From: an uncultured Verrucomicrobiota bacterium
GTDB lineage: Bacteria; Verrucomicrobiota; Verrucomicrobiia; Limisphaerales; UBA9464
Direction of reading: 5' to 3'
DNA: 64,000 nt
Assembly (NCBI GenBank): GCA_903907925.1
Contig: CAIVQB010000133.1
Coordinates: 8,041-72,040 of the forward strand
In this document: one piece after another, positions 1-9,396 of the stretch
Position numbering within the stretch: position 1 is the stretch's first letter
Layout: each line of letters starts with the position of its first letter
Notes under the pieces: generated by a model
Database searches by the model: none
What the model was told of the DNA's origin: nothing
Seen by the model: only the letters and a program-made list of their open reading frames with translations
Position numbers and translations under genes: made by a program

Positions 1-334
1 AATCCGAATCTCGGTCCCTCGACGACGATTCAACTGATGGATTCCAAGACGGCTCCCGAAAAGGTTCACTTTGGAAGCATTCATTGAAGGCAGCTGCTGG
101 ATCCACGGGTTGAAACCGATCGGAGGAAGCGGCTTGCCTTGGTGGATTGAATCGACAGGTTTGAAACCAATGGAAGGTGACACAACGCGGGTGCGAGAGA
201 CTCTGAGTCAGGGTATGGTGTATTCCATCAGCGGATACCTGCGGCGCTTGGCTCAATCCAGCGTCTGCTGGCTGCTTCTGGTCGGGTCGAGTTGGGTGAC
301 TCGTGTGCCGGGGATGTTGCGCGTTGCAACAGTC

Positions 335-1444
335 ATGCCTCCACCAGCGCGGCTACGGCGCTGGGCGGTCGCCTCTCTGGCGGTGGCCGGAACCTTCCAT
401 GCGTTCTCCGGTGCCACGACACCCGCCGTTTCGAGCGCGCTCGACGTGCAGGTCCAGGTCGGCACGCCGTTCACCTACCGCATCACCATCAATCAGGCGT
501 GGATCATCAACAGTTTCGACGCCTACCCGTTGCCACCGGGTCTCACGCTCAACAAGAAGCTCGGGTTCATCGCCGGCAAACCGACCGTGGTTGGAACCAA
601 CGACGTCACCCTTGTCGCCTCGCAGGACAACCTTCCCGACCGGACCCTGACGGATTCCATGACCCTCAGGGTAACGGCGGCACCGGCACCGCCGCTGTTC
701 AGCCTGAATCCCGTCGATACAATCGCCGTAGCGGGAGACGACGTGATCCTGACCTCGGCGGCGATCGGCACCGGAACGATCCGGTTCCAGTGGTATCGGG
801 GAGAATCCTTTCGCGGTAACGTCTTCCTTGGTCCAATCATCGTCGGAGCGACGAACGCGGCATTGGTGCTGCCGCATGTGACGGTGGACGATGGCGGTTA
901 TTACTTTTCATCGGCAATCAACGCGGCGGGCACGAATTACAGTCAGCCGGCCCAGGTGTCCCTGATCCTGCCGCCGCAGATTTATTCCCAACCGGACAAT
1001 GTCACCATTCATGAGGGAGCGCCGTTCGGGATTTACATCTATGCCGACGGGGGCGTCGTTCTGAACTACCAGTGGCGCAAGGCGGGGAATTCGATTCCCG
1101 GTGCGACCAATGATTTCTGGTACGTCGACGCCGCGGTTCCGGGAGACGCTGGATCGTACGATGTGGTTCTCGACAACGCGGCGGGTCAACTCACCAGCAA
1201 TCCGGCGCGGGTCACTGTGGCGGATCCTCTGCGGGTTCAAATGATCCGCACCTCGCCGAAGAGTGCGGTTCTGAAATTCAATTCGATCCCCGGGGCCTCG
1301 TATTCGATCAACTACGCCGACCGGTTGACCAACACTTGGGACAACTGGAACTACCTGACTGATTTCACCGCCACTGGATCCAACTCGGTGAAGAACGTCC
1401 TCTCCACCAGTCCGGTGCGATTTTTCCGGGTGACTCCGGATTGA
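335..1444 (+). CDS. Secreted immunoglobulin-domain protein (putative Ig/He_PIG domain plus two I-set-like Ig domains)
   Basis: Signal-peptide-like N-terminus (RLRRWAVASLAVAG); LPPGLTLN..G.I.GKPT He_PIG motif; two Ig repeats (FQWYR...DDGGYY, YQWRK...DAGSYDV); C-terminus SPVRFFRV. The ORF is open from 71; ATG 335 (or 314) chosen as start. Confidence 0.75.
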   Translation: MPPPARLRRWAVASLAVAGTFHAFSGATTPAVSSALDVQVQVGTPFTYRITINQAWIINSFDAYPLPPGLTLNKKLGFIAGKPTVVGTNDVTLVASQDNLPDRTLTDSMTLRVTAAPAPPLFSLNPVDTIAVAGDDVILTSAAIGTGTIRFQWYRGESFRGNVFLGPIIVGATNAALVLPHVTVDDGGYYFSSAINAAGTNYSQPAQVSLILPPQIYSQPDNVTIHEGAPFGIYIYADGGVVLNYQWRKAGNSIPGATNDFWYVDAAVPGDAGSYDVVLDNAAGQLTSNPARVTVADPLRVQMIRTSPKSAVLKFNSIPGASYSINYADRLTNTWDNWNYLTDFTATGSNSVKNVLSTSPVRFFRVTPD

Positions 1445-1512
1445 ACCGTGCTCCGGAGTGCCGATTTCATCCCGGGCTTGCGTCCATGGGCCTGGCTGCC
1501 AAGAGTCGCCCG

Positions 1513-2853
1513 ATGAGGCACGCGCCTACCTCAAGGCCCCTCCGAGCCGCCAGTGCGGCCTGGTTTCTGGCCGCTGCGCTGCGGGCTCTGGGCGACGATG
1601 CCAGTTCGGGAATTGCGGAGCAGTTGCGATTGCTTCAGCAGCAAAACGCCGCCCTGCAGCAGCAGTTGCATCAACAACAGCAGGTCATTGAAGAACTCGG
1701 CCGCAAGGTCGACAAGCTCCAGGCGGCGGACTTGGGGCAGCGCGAAGCCGATACCCACGCGGCTGCTGAACCCACGGCTGAGTCCCTGATTCCTGCCCGA
1801 TCGGCGTTCAACCGGATTCATCTCCGCGGCGAGGGTGCGGTGGCGTTTTCGGATTCCCAGGCCAACGGGCAATTTCCCAATCACGAGTTTCGCGTCGATG
1901 AAGCGCGCCTGTATCTGGAGGCCCCGATCTGGGGCGAGGTGTATTTCTTCGGGGAACTGAACCTCTATCAACGCGAGGAGCATGAGATCGACCTGCGTGC
2001 GGGAGAGGTTTTTATCGACGCGGAGAATCTGTCGAAACTGTGGGGCGAAGACCGGCAACTGAATCTGCGCGCCGGCCGTTTCAACATTCCGTTCGGTGAG
2101 GAATACCTGCTGCGGCACGCGATCGACAATCCGCTCATTTCCCATTCCGTGACCGACTTGTGGGGCGTCAATGAAGGCCTCGAGGTCTACGGCGCGCTGG
2201 GCCCTTTTCGGTACGTCGCCGCCGTTCAGAACGGTCCCTACAACGTGGTCCGCGATTTCAACGGCGACAAGACCTTCACTGGTCGACTGGCCTATGAACC
2301 GTTCAAATGGCTTCACCTGAGCGGAAGTGCCCTGCGCACCGGACAGTTGGACATCAAACAGGACAAGCTTTCCGCCCTCTGGATCGGCTCCGGCTTTGTG
2401 CGGCCCATCGGGTCGGCGGCCGCCACGGTGTTCCAGGCGGACCTGCTCGAGGGCGACCTGCAGTTGCGGTTCGCCCACACCACTTTGAAGGCGGCGGGTG
2501 GGTTGATCCGCTACGAAGACAATGACCAGCCCGTTCACAATCGAAGGCGGGTCACCTATTACTATGCAGAGGCGGTGCAGGACATTTATGGCGGTCTCTA
2601 TGCCGCCGCCCGGTGGAGCCAGGTGTTCGCTCCCGGTGGATATCCGATCGCCGGGATTGGCAACGTGGGGGAATACGCCTTCGGACCGGACCTCACCAGC
2701 GGCCTGCACCTGTTGAGCCTAGGGATTGGCTATCGATGGAGTCCGCAATTGGTCCTCAAGGTCGAATACTCCATCGAAGGCGGCAGCGAAGCCGGAGGCA
2801 CGCCGCGTCGGCTCGAAAACATGCTGAGTGCCACGGCGGCATTCGCGTTCTGA
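1513..2853 (+). CDS. Outer-membrane beta-barrel/porin-like protein with N-terminal coiled coil
   Basis: Signal peptide, Gln-rich coiled coil (LQQQNAALQQQL), GRFNIPFG porin motif, amphipathic beta-strands, C-terminal Phe (TAAFAF). Start uncertain (1441/1486/1513). Confidence 0.7.
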   Translation: MRHAPTSRPLRAASAAWFLAAALRALGDDASSGIAEQLRLLQQQNAALQQQLHQQQQVIEELGRKVDKLQAADLGQREADTHAAAEPTAESLIPARSAFNRIHLRGEGAVAFSDSQANGQFPNHEFRVDEARLYLEAPIWGEVYFFGELNLYQREEHEIDLRAGEVFIDAENLSKLWGEDRQLNLRAGRFNIPFGEEYLLRHAIDNPLISHSVTDLWGVNEGLEVYGALGPFRYVAAVQNGPYNVVRDFNGDKTFTGRLAYEPFKWLHLSGSALRTGQLDIKQDKLSALWIGSGFVRPIGSAAATVFQADLLEGDLQLRFAHTTLKAAGGLIRYEDNDQPVHNRRRVTYYYAEAVQDIYGGLYAAARWSQVFAPGGYPIAGIGNVGEYAFGPDLTSGLHLLSLGIGYRWSPQLVLKVEYSIEGGSEAGGTPRRLENMLSATAAFAF

Positions 2854-2854
2854 C

Positions 2855-3559
2855 ATGCGCCGTCCGCTCACAGTCGCCGCCCTTGTTGCCATCGCCAGCC
2901 TGCCCGGTCTTCCCGGCGAAGCCGGAACGCTGGTCGGCACCGTCCGGGCCCGCGGCACGGAGGGCGCTGACGAGCCGTCCGCTGCGGGCGGGGCGTACGA
3001 GAGCCGGAAGTATAAATTCGTCGAGCGGGTGGACTATTCGCAGTTGCGGGATTTTGTCGTCTACATCGACGGCGCGGTGGCCACCAACACCGCCTCACCC
3101 GCCGTCGCGCAGGTGGTCACGACTCGCAAGATCAATCAGCAGGGAGCCACTTTCTCGCCCCACGTGCTGCCGGTCGCGGTCGGCACCACCGTCGAATGGC
3201 CGAACAACGACGACATCTTTCACAACGTCTTTTCATATTCCGAGACCAAGCCGTTCGATCTGGGGCTCTACAAACATCCCGAAGTCAAACGCATCGTCTT
3301 CGACAAACCCGGACGGGTGGATGTGTTCTGCTCCATCCACAAGGCGATGAACTGCATCGTGCTGGTCCTGGGTAATCCGTATTTTGCCGCGGCCGACGAC
3401 CGGGGGCGCTATGTGATTCCGAACGTCCCGGCCGGGCGGTACACGCTCAAGGCCTGGCACGAGCGCATGCCTGCCCAGGCGCGCGAGATCACGGTGCCGG
3501 AAACCGGCGAAGTCCGTGTCGACTTCACGCTCGGCATCGCGAATCTCCCCCACTACTGA
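2855..3559 (+). CDS. Periplasmic cupredoxin-like protein with carboxypeptidase-regulatory-like C-terminal domain
   Basis: Signal peptide; FSPHVLPV..GTTVEWPN.D...HNVFS and FCSIHKAM (His...Cys-x2-His-x2-Met type-1 Cu ligands); VPAGRYTLKAWH. ATG 1 nt after the upstream stop. Confidence 0.8.
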   Translation: MRRPLTVAALVAIASLPGLPGEAGTLVGTVRARGTEGADEPSAAGGAYESRKYKFVERVDYSQLRDFVVYIDGAVATNTASPAVAQVVTTRKINQQGATFSPHVLPVAVGTTVEWPNNDDIFHNVFSYSETKPFDLGLYKHPEVKRIVFDKPGRVDVFCSIHKAMNCIVLVLGNPYFAAADDRGRYVIPNVPAGRYTLKAWHERMPAQAREITVPETGEVRVDFTLGIANLPHY

Positions 3560-3565
3560 GCCTTC

Positions 3566-5842
3566 ATGCGGCCGTCCTTCCGCCGTCTCCGCTCCAGTTT
3601 TCAGGTCAAGATCCTGGTGCCGGTGCTGATCGTCATGACGGTTCTGGTCGTCGCGCCCCTGTGGTTTGCGAGCCGCCACATGGCGGACCAGTTGGCGGCC
3701 GGGGCTGCTGACACCGTGTCGACGGCCGATGGTGTGTTTCAAAGCCAGCAGGCAATTCGAGTCAAAAACCTGCTGCTGCGTTACGGCGAAGCCGCCGGCG
3801 AACCCCGCTTTCGAGCCGTCGCCCAACAAAACGATCCCGCCACGGTGGCTTTCGCGCTCAAGGAATTGCTCGCGGATTTCGGCGCGGAATTCGCCCTCTT
3901 CACCGGTCCGACCGCGATGATCGTGACGAATGCGACAACCCTGGCGGCCGATCCCGCTCGTTGCGCCGCGATCGGAAAAGCTTCCGCCGGGGAGGCTTTG
4001 ATCGGACATCCGAACGCAACCGCCGCCGCCATCGACGGGCGGATTTATGAGTTCGTCTCGGTGCCTGTCGTTGTGGGGCCTTCGATCATCGGTGCGCTGA
4101 CGACCGCCCGGGAGATGGGGCGTGATGTCCTTACGGAATTCGGGCAACTCACCCGGAGTGAAATTGTGCTTCTCGCGGGAGGACGCATCACCGCCGCCAC
4201 TCTCGACGTCGCGGATCTCGTGGGGCAGTTGGCACCCGTCCTTGAACGGCGTGACCCCTCCGGTCGGTCGAGAAACAATCCTGCCGAGGCGGTCACCGTG
4301 ACGATCAATGGCCAGCACTACATGGGCCTCTCGGGAGGACTCGCGGGTGCGACGGCCGACGCCGGCCTGCGCTATGTGTTGCTGTCTTCGTTTGAACGGC
4401 CGCTGGCGTCGCTTCAGGCCGCGCAACGTGCGCTGCTGTGGACGCAGGCGGCCGTGATCCTGGCCGGCGTGGTGATCGTGGCTCTGGTCGTCCGCCGGGT
4501 GTCGAGGCCGCTCCGTGACCTGCGGGACACGGCCGAGGCGGTGGGTCGAGGTGATTTTTCGCGGTGGGTGGAGGTGCAATCCGAGGACGAATGCGGCGAG
4601 TTGGCGGTGGTGTTCAATCAGATGACGGCCAATCTCCAGGCCTCGCGGCAACAATTGGAGGAGACCTTCGAGACGTTGAAATCGGCGCAGGAGCAATTGT
4701 TGCAGAGCGAGAAGCTGCGCGCGATTGGGACGCTGGCCGGCGGCATCGCCCACGATTTCAACAACATCCTCGGTGCCATCCTCGGTTTTGGGGAACTCGC
4801 GCTGCGCGACGTCGCGAAGGACAGCCGGATTGAACGAAACCTCCGGCAGGTGATGATCGCCGGCCAGCGCGCGCGTCTCCTGGTCCGCCAAATCCTGACC
4901 TTCAGCCGGCAGAACGCGCCCCGACGGGTGATGGTGCGCCTGGGAGGCGTGGTGGACGAGGTCGTCACACTGCTGCGCGCGACCCTTCCGCCCGCCATTC
5001 AAATCGAGGTCCGGATCGCCACAACGGCCGACACGGTGATGGGTGATCCGACCCAACTCCATCAGGTGTTGATGAATCTCGGCACCAATTCCGGTCATGC
5101 CATGCGTGAGCGGGGTGGCGTCCTGACTGTGACTCTGGATTGCACCGAAGTCGGGCTTGAATCCAGCAAGCCGGCGGGTCTCAAGGCGGATGAGTATCTG
5201 ACGCTGACGGTTTCGGACACCGGTCACGGGATTGACCCCTCGGTGTTGGGGCGGATCTTTGATCCCTTTTTCACCACGAAACCCGTTGGCGAGGGGGCGG
5301 GGTTGGGGCTTTCCGTGGTGCACGGGATTGTCGAAAACCATGGTGGCGAAATCGTCGTGAACACCCGGCTGGGGCAGGGAACGACGTTCACCCTCTGGCT
5401 GCCCTATGTCTCCCCTCCACCCTTGGAGGTCGCGGCGGTCGCCCCGTCAGTGGTGCCGGGTTCCGGTCGGATCCTGGTGGTCGACGACGAGGAACCGATC
5501 GCCGACATGATGCATCAGCATCTCACCCGTCTGGGATACGATGTCGTGGCGCACCACGACAGCGAGGCAGCTCTGCGGGAGTTTCGCGCCGCGACACCGC
5601 CGTTCGCGTTGGTGATCACGGATCTTGCCATGCCGAAGCTGTCCGGCGCCGAGCTTGCGGCTGAGATTCTGCGGTTGCGGGCGGACACACCGATCATCGT
5701 CTGCACCGGATCGGCCGATCTCACCGGCCACAGCCGAACGCTGAACCCGGGGATTCGTGAATTCGTCTCCAAGCCGGTGAATTTCGTTGAGTTGAGCCAG
5801 GTAATCCGAAAATTTCTTCCCGCCCCCGGCGGACTCCCATGA
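3566..5842 (+). CDS. Hybrid sensor histidine kinase (2 TM, periplasmic sensor, HAMP, HisKA, HATPase, receiver)
   Basis: GGIAHDFNNIL H-box, QVLMNL N-box, DTGHG, FDPFFTTK, GAGLGL, C-terminal receiver (VVDDE...TDLAMP...KP). Confidence 0.95.
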   Translation: MRPSFRRLRSSFQVKILVPVLIVMTVLVVAPLWFASRHMADQLAAGAADTVSTADGVFQSQQAIRVKNLLLRYGEAAGEPRFRAVAQQNDPATVAFALKELLADFGAEFALFTGPTAMIVTNATTLAADPARCAAIGKASAGEALIGHPNATAAAIDGRIYEFVSVPVVVGPSIIGALTTAREMGRDVLTEFGQLTRSEIVLLAGGRITAATLDVADLVGQLAPVLERRDPSGRSRNNPAEAVTVTINGQHYMGLSGGLAGATADAGLRYVLLSSFERPLASLQAAQRALLWTQAAVILAGVVIVALVVRRVSRPLRDLRDTAEAVGRGDFSRWVEVQSEDECGELAVVFNQMTANLQASRQQLEETFETLKSAQEQLLQSEKLRAIGTLAGGIAHDFNNILGAILGFGELALRDVAKDSRIERNLRQVMIAGQRARLLVRQILTFSRQNAPRRVMVRLGGVVDEVVTLLRATLPPAIQIEVRIATTADTVMGDPTQLHQVLMNLGTNSGHAMRERGGVLTVTLDCTEVGLESSKPAGLKADEYLTLTVSDTGHGIDPSVLGRIFDPFFTTKPVGEGAGLGLSVVHGIVENHGGEIVVNTRLGQGTTFTLWLPYVSPPPLEVAAVAPSVVPGSGRILVVDDEEPIADMMHQHLTRLGYDVVAHHDSEAALREFRAATPPFALVITDLAMPKLSGAELAAEILRLRADTPIIVCTGSADLTGHSRTLNPGIREFVSKPVNFVELSQVIRKFLPAPGGLP

Positions 5843-6213
5843 AACAAATCCTGGTAATTGACGATGACCCGCAGGTGCGTGCGCTGCTGGTTGAAATCCT
5901 GACCCACGAGGGCTACGAGGTTGTCGCGGCCTCCAATGGCGTGGAGGGATTGAACCGGTTTCGCGAGTGCCCATCCGACGTGGTGATCACCGATCTGATC
6001 ATGCCTGAAAAGGAGGGATTCGAGACCATCTTCGCCCTCCGGCGGGAATTCCCGGGCGTGGGTGTCATCGCCATTTCGGGAGGGGGACGAGTTGAGGCTT
6101 CGGATTACCTGCCGATCGCCAAAATGCTGGGAGCGCGGTTCACCATCGCCAAACCCTTCACCTCCGGCGAAATCCTCGACGCGGTTCGTGCCGTTCTTTC
6201 GGGGCCGGAGTAG
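5839..6213 (+). CDS. Single-domain response regulator (CheY-like)
   Basis: ILVIDDD, TDLIMPEKEG, ISGG, AKPF; ATGA overlap with the kinase stop. Confidence 0.95.
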   Translation: MKQILVIDDDPQVRALLVEILTHEGYEVVAASNGVEGLNRFRECPSDVVITDLIMPEKEGFETIFALRREFPGVGVIAISGGGRVEASDYLPIAKMLGARFTIAKPFTSGEILDAVRAVLSGPE

Positions 6214-6302
6214 CCGACCCATGCGGCGCCAGGGATGCCGCCCTCTCCAATTCCGCATCAGGGCTTGGTGTTCACATTGAGATCTGGACGTTGCGTGCCC
6301 AA

Positions 6303-6815
6303 CTACGCAAACGCTCGTGAGCCATTGGAAAGTCCGAACGAGGCGATCTCGAACCGTTTGGCGACGGAATTTCGAACACCATCGCGGATCATCAGCATGA
6401 GAGCCAACGGCAGGGCGAGAAGCGCGAGAAGGAAGAAGATGCCGATTGAATTGACTGCCGCTATGAGGATTGCGGTTTGCATCAAGCGTTTGTGCATGTT
6501 GCGAATGGTTGCCGATGCAGCCTCCACTTTGGCGCTCATTTCCTCAACTTTCCGGGACTCTTCCGCGGAGACTTTGGCGGCGAAGACCAGCGAAATGCTG
6601 ATGTGATCGACCTGCTCTTCGAGTTGATTCACCCGAAACGCGATTATGGAGGCAGCCTCCTTCTCCGCAGTCGACGACTCCAAAAGTGCGCCCGCCTCCT
6701 CGGATAGACACCTGAGACTGACTCGAAACTTGCTCAAGACAACGGGGCGGACCACCAGCCAAAGAAAGGCGTTGGACACCACCAGGAAGAACAATACTGG
6801 AATTAAGACGGTCAC
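6303..6815 (-). CDS. Hypothetical membrane protein (N- and C-terminal TM segments, helical middle)
   Basis: 170-aa ORF with two hydrophobic segments in a lower-GC stretch; no recognised family. Confidence 0.55.
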   Translation of the reverse strand: MTVLIPVLFFLVVSNAFLWLVVRPVVLSKFRVSLRCLSEEAGALLESSTAEKEAASIIAFRVNQLEEQVDHISISLVFAAKVSAEESRKVEEMSAKVEAASATIRNMHKRLMQTAILIAAVNSIGIFFLLALLALPLALMLMIRDGVRNSVAKRFEIASFGLSNGSRAFA

Positions 6816-6832
6816 ATGATTGGCTGGGAGGA

Positions 6833-7200
6833 CTATCCTTCCGAAAACTGTTTGTCACCTCCGCTGCTGTCAAGATCGAGCCGCCCTTGGGTTGCCAACG
6901 GGCCTCTTCGTTCAAAGCGCTCAATCTCGGCCCGATGGTTGCGGTCCATCCAGCCGATCAATTTCCATGAACCCATGGAGATTCCCCCCGAAAGTATCCA
7001 GCCACCGACCGCGAACCATCGCGCGTTGAGAATGTCGTGGGCGATTGCCCGCAGACCTTCTGGTTTCAGCGCGTATGTCCAACCGCAAACCACCAGGGCA
7101 ATTGCGGCGAGGTAGGGAAACCCGCAATCCACAAGCTTGCAGAACACCGTCGTGGCTGCTGAGGGCCAGTCGCCGTGCCTTTCAATCCGTCCAGACGGAT
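6833..7200 (-). CDS. Hypothetical 2-TM membrane protein (start uncertain)
   Basis: The tracked ORF 6833-7276 runs into the tRNA, so the true start lies downstream of it and the 7200 boundary is approximate; two hydrophobic segments (FPYLAAIALVVCGW, WFAVGGWILSGGISM). Confidence 0.4.
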
Positions 7201-7266
7201 GGTGGTGGAAGCGGTTGAAAGTGGCATTTTCGAGGAAAAACGCCCAAACCATTGATTTCAAGGCAT

Positions 7267-7351
7267 TGGTGCGCACGGCAGGACTTGAACCTGCACGCCT
7301 TACGGCACTACCACCTCAAAGTAGCGCGTCTGCCAATTCCGCCACGTGCGC
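7267..7351 (-). tRNA. tRNA-Leu(GAG)
   Basis: Reverse complement GCGCACGTGGCGGAATTGGCAGACGCGCTACTTTGAGGTGGTAG...GGTTCAAGTCC...GTGCGCACCA: cloverleaf with long variable arm, anticodon GAG, encoded CCA. Confidence 0.97.
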
Positions 7352-7414
7352 AATTGCCGGATGATTCAGGTTCGATTCTATCCGAAGCGATCCGAAATCA
7401 TCCCAAAGCTTAAA

Positions 7415-7491
7415 TGGTCGGGGCGGTGAGAATTGAACTCACGACCTCCTGGACCCGAACCAGGCGCGCTACCAGGCTACGCTACGCCCCG
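7415..7491 (-). tRNA. tRNA-Pro(CGG)
   Basis: Reverse complement CGGGGCGTAGCGTAGCCTGGTAGCGCGCCTGGTTCGGGTCCAGG...GTTCAATTC...CGCCCCGACCA; anticodon stem CCTGG/CCAGG with CGG. Confidence 0.97.
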
Positions 7492-7564
7492 AACCAAAAA
7501 GCGGGGCGCACGATGGGAAACCAGCGGTTCGAATGCAAAGACATTCTTTGGCATCCGACCGATT

Positions 7565-9355
7565 TCACGCGGCAACCGCCACCGCGGGTTCCGGTTCCAC
7601 CCATTTTCCGTGGTCCTTGATCAGGTCCACGAGCCGGTCGACCGCTTCATCCTCAGGGATGTTGAACTTCACCGCCTTCTTGCCGACGTAGAGGTTGATC
7701 TTGTTCGGAGCGCCGCCGACATAACCGAAATCCGCGTCCGCCATTTCGCCCGGGCCGTTCACGATGCATCCCATGATAGCGATCTTGACGCCCTTCAGGT
7801 GAACGGTTCGCGCCTTGATGCGGGCGGTGACGGTCTGGAGATTGAACAGCGTCCTCCCGCAGCTCGGGCAGGCGACGTAATCGGTCTTGAACGACCGGCA
7901 ACCGGCGGCTTGAAGGATGTTGTACGCCAGTCGCAATCCCTGGCCGGCACCCGGTTCGCCGCGGATCAGGATGGCGTCGCCGACGCCATCGGCCAGCAAT
8001 GAGCCGAGGTTCACCGCGGCCCGCAGCAGCGCGATCTCCGGTCGCAGCGGCGTTGGATCGGTTCCGAGGCAGTCCTTGAGCAGAATCGGGTTCTGGCGTC
8101 CCAGACGGTGCAGTCCGGCCGCGAGCAGACGGAACGCGGTGATCGGAGCCAACGGAATGCCATCGCGAACAGTGACCCATTGGGTTTCGCAATGGACCTG
8201 TTCCAGCGTCAGGGGCTCGCGTGGATCGAGTTCGAGCACCTGGAGGTCTTCGTAGATGCCTTCCGGTTTCACGTCGGCCTTGGGCAGGATGCGCGGGGCG
8301 ACGGTGTCGAAGGCGGCTTGGGTGACGATCACCCGGACGGTTTGCTCGCCACCGGCGCGGACATCACCGAGGTCGACTTCGGGTGTTTCGCGCCGCTTGA
8401 AGGTGAATGGATCCCAGGGCAGGGGTTGATCGGAAATCGGGGTTCCCGTGTTCGTCAGTCGGGTGATTTCCGTGAGCAAGTCGTTGCAGACGGCGATTTC
8501 GCGGGGGCTGTCCTCGGTCAGACTAACGCGGATGGTGTCGCCGATGCCGTCGCACAACAGAGATCCAATGCCGATGGCGGACTTGATCCGGCCGTCCTCG
8601 CCTTCGCCGGCCTCGGTGACGCCGAGGTGCAGGGGATAGTTCCAATCGGGTCCTTCCTGCTCCAACCGGGCGGCGAGGAGCCGGTAGCATTCGATCATCA
8701 CCTTCGGATTCGATGACTTCATCGAGAAGACGAAGTTGTGAAAGTCGTACTTCCGGCAGATCCGGGCGAATTCGAGCGCGCTCTCCACCATTCCGAGCGG
8801 TGTGTCGCCGTACCGGTTCATGATGCGGTCGCTCAACGAACCGTGATTGGTGCCGATGCGCAGGGCTCGGTGCAGGCGGCGTGCTTCGAGAACGAGCGGG
8901 GTGAAGGCGTCCTCCACCCGGGCCAGTTCCGCGGCATAGCCGTCGTCGTCGTATTCCTTGACTGCAAATTTCTTCTTGTCCGCGTAGTTGCCCGGATTGA
9001 CCCGGACCTTTTCCACCCACTTGACCGCTTCGAGGGCGGCGTCGGGTTTGAAATGGATGTCGGCGACGATCGGGACGAGGCAGCCCACCGCGCGAAGTTC
9101 TCGCACGATGCATTCGAGGTTGGCGGCGTCTTTGACCGTCGGTGCGGTGATGCGGACCAACTGGCAGCCGACGGCGACGAGATCGAGCGTCTGCTGGACG
9201 CAGGCCGCGGTGTCCATGGTGTCGCAGGTCAACATGGATTGACGGACCACCGGGTGTCGTCCGCCGATGATGACGCCGCCGTGGGCGGGATCGCCGACGG
9301 TGACCTCACGCGTCGGGCGCCGGGTGAAATTCCAGGGAGACGAGCAATACTTCAT
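7565..9355 (-). CDS. ispG: (E)-4-hydroxy-3-methylbut-2-enyl-diphosphate synthase, long form
   Basis: QSM, ADIHF, RVNPGN, RIGTNHGSLS, PLHLGVTEAG, ACPSCGR, MGCIVNGPGE; extra internal domain. Start MKYCSS at 9355. Confidence 0.97.
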   Translation of the reverse strand: MKYCSSPWNFTRRPTREVTVGDPAHGGVIIGGRHPVVRQSMLTCDTMDTAACVQQTLDLVAVGCQLVRITAPTVKDAANLECIVRELRAVGCLVPIVADIHFKPDAALEAVKWVEKVRVNPGNYADKKKFAVKEYDDDGYAAELARVEDAFTPLVLEARRLHRALRIGTNHGSLSDRIMNRYGDTPLGMVESALEFARICRKYDFHNFVFSMKSSNPKVMIECYRLLAARLEQEGPDWNYPLHLGVTEAGEGEDGRIKSAIGIGSLLCDGIGDTIRVSLTEDSPREIAVCNDLLTEITRLTNTGTPISDQPLPWDPFTFKRRETPEVDLGDVRAGGEQTVRVIVTQAAFDTVAPRILPKADVKPEGIYEDLQVLELDPREPLTLEQVHCETQWVTVRDGIPLAPITAFRLLAAGLHRLGRQNPILLKDCLGTDPTPLRPEIALLRAAVNLGSLLADGVGDAILIRGEPGAGQGLRLAYNILQAAGCRSFKTDYVACPSCGRTLFNLQTVTARIKARTVHLKGVKIAIMGCIVNGPGEMADADFGYVGGAPNKINLYVGKKAVKFNIPEDEAVDRLVDLIKDHGKWVEPEPAVAVAA

Positions 9356-9396
9356 GAGAAAGGAGGGAACCCGCGATCGCGGTCCCGAAACCGAGA

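Noticed and set aside
40-180. CRISPR-like words (CATTGAAGG, GTGGATTGAA, two GGTT(T)GAAACC) at the window start
   Set aside because: No identical repeats with regular spacing and no cas genes; at most degenerate REP-like remnants.
7565-9355. Unusually long IspG
   Set aside because: The three-domain form is already known from plants, chlamydiae and other bacteria.
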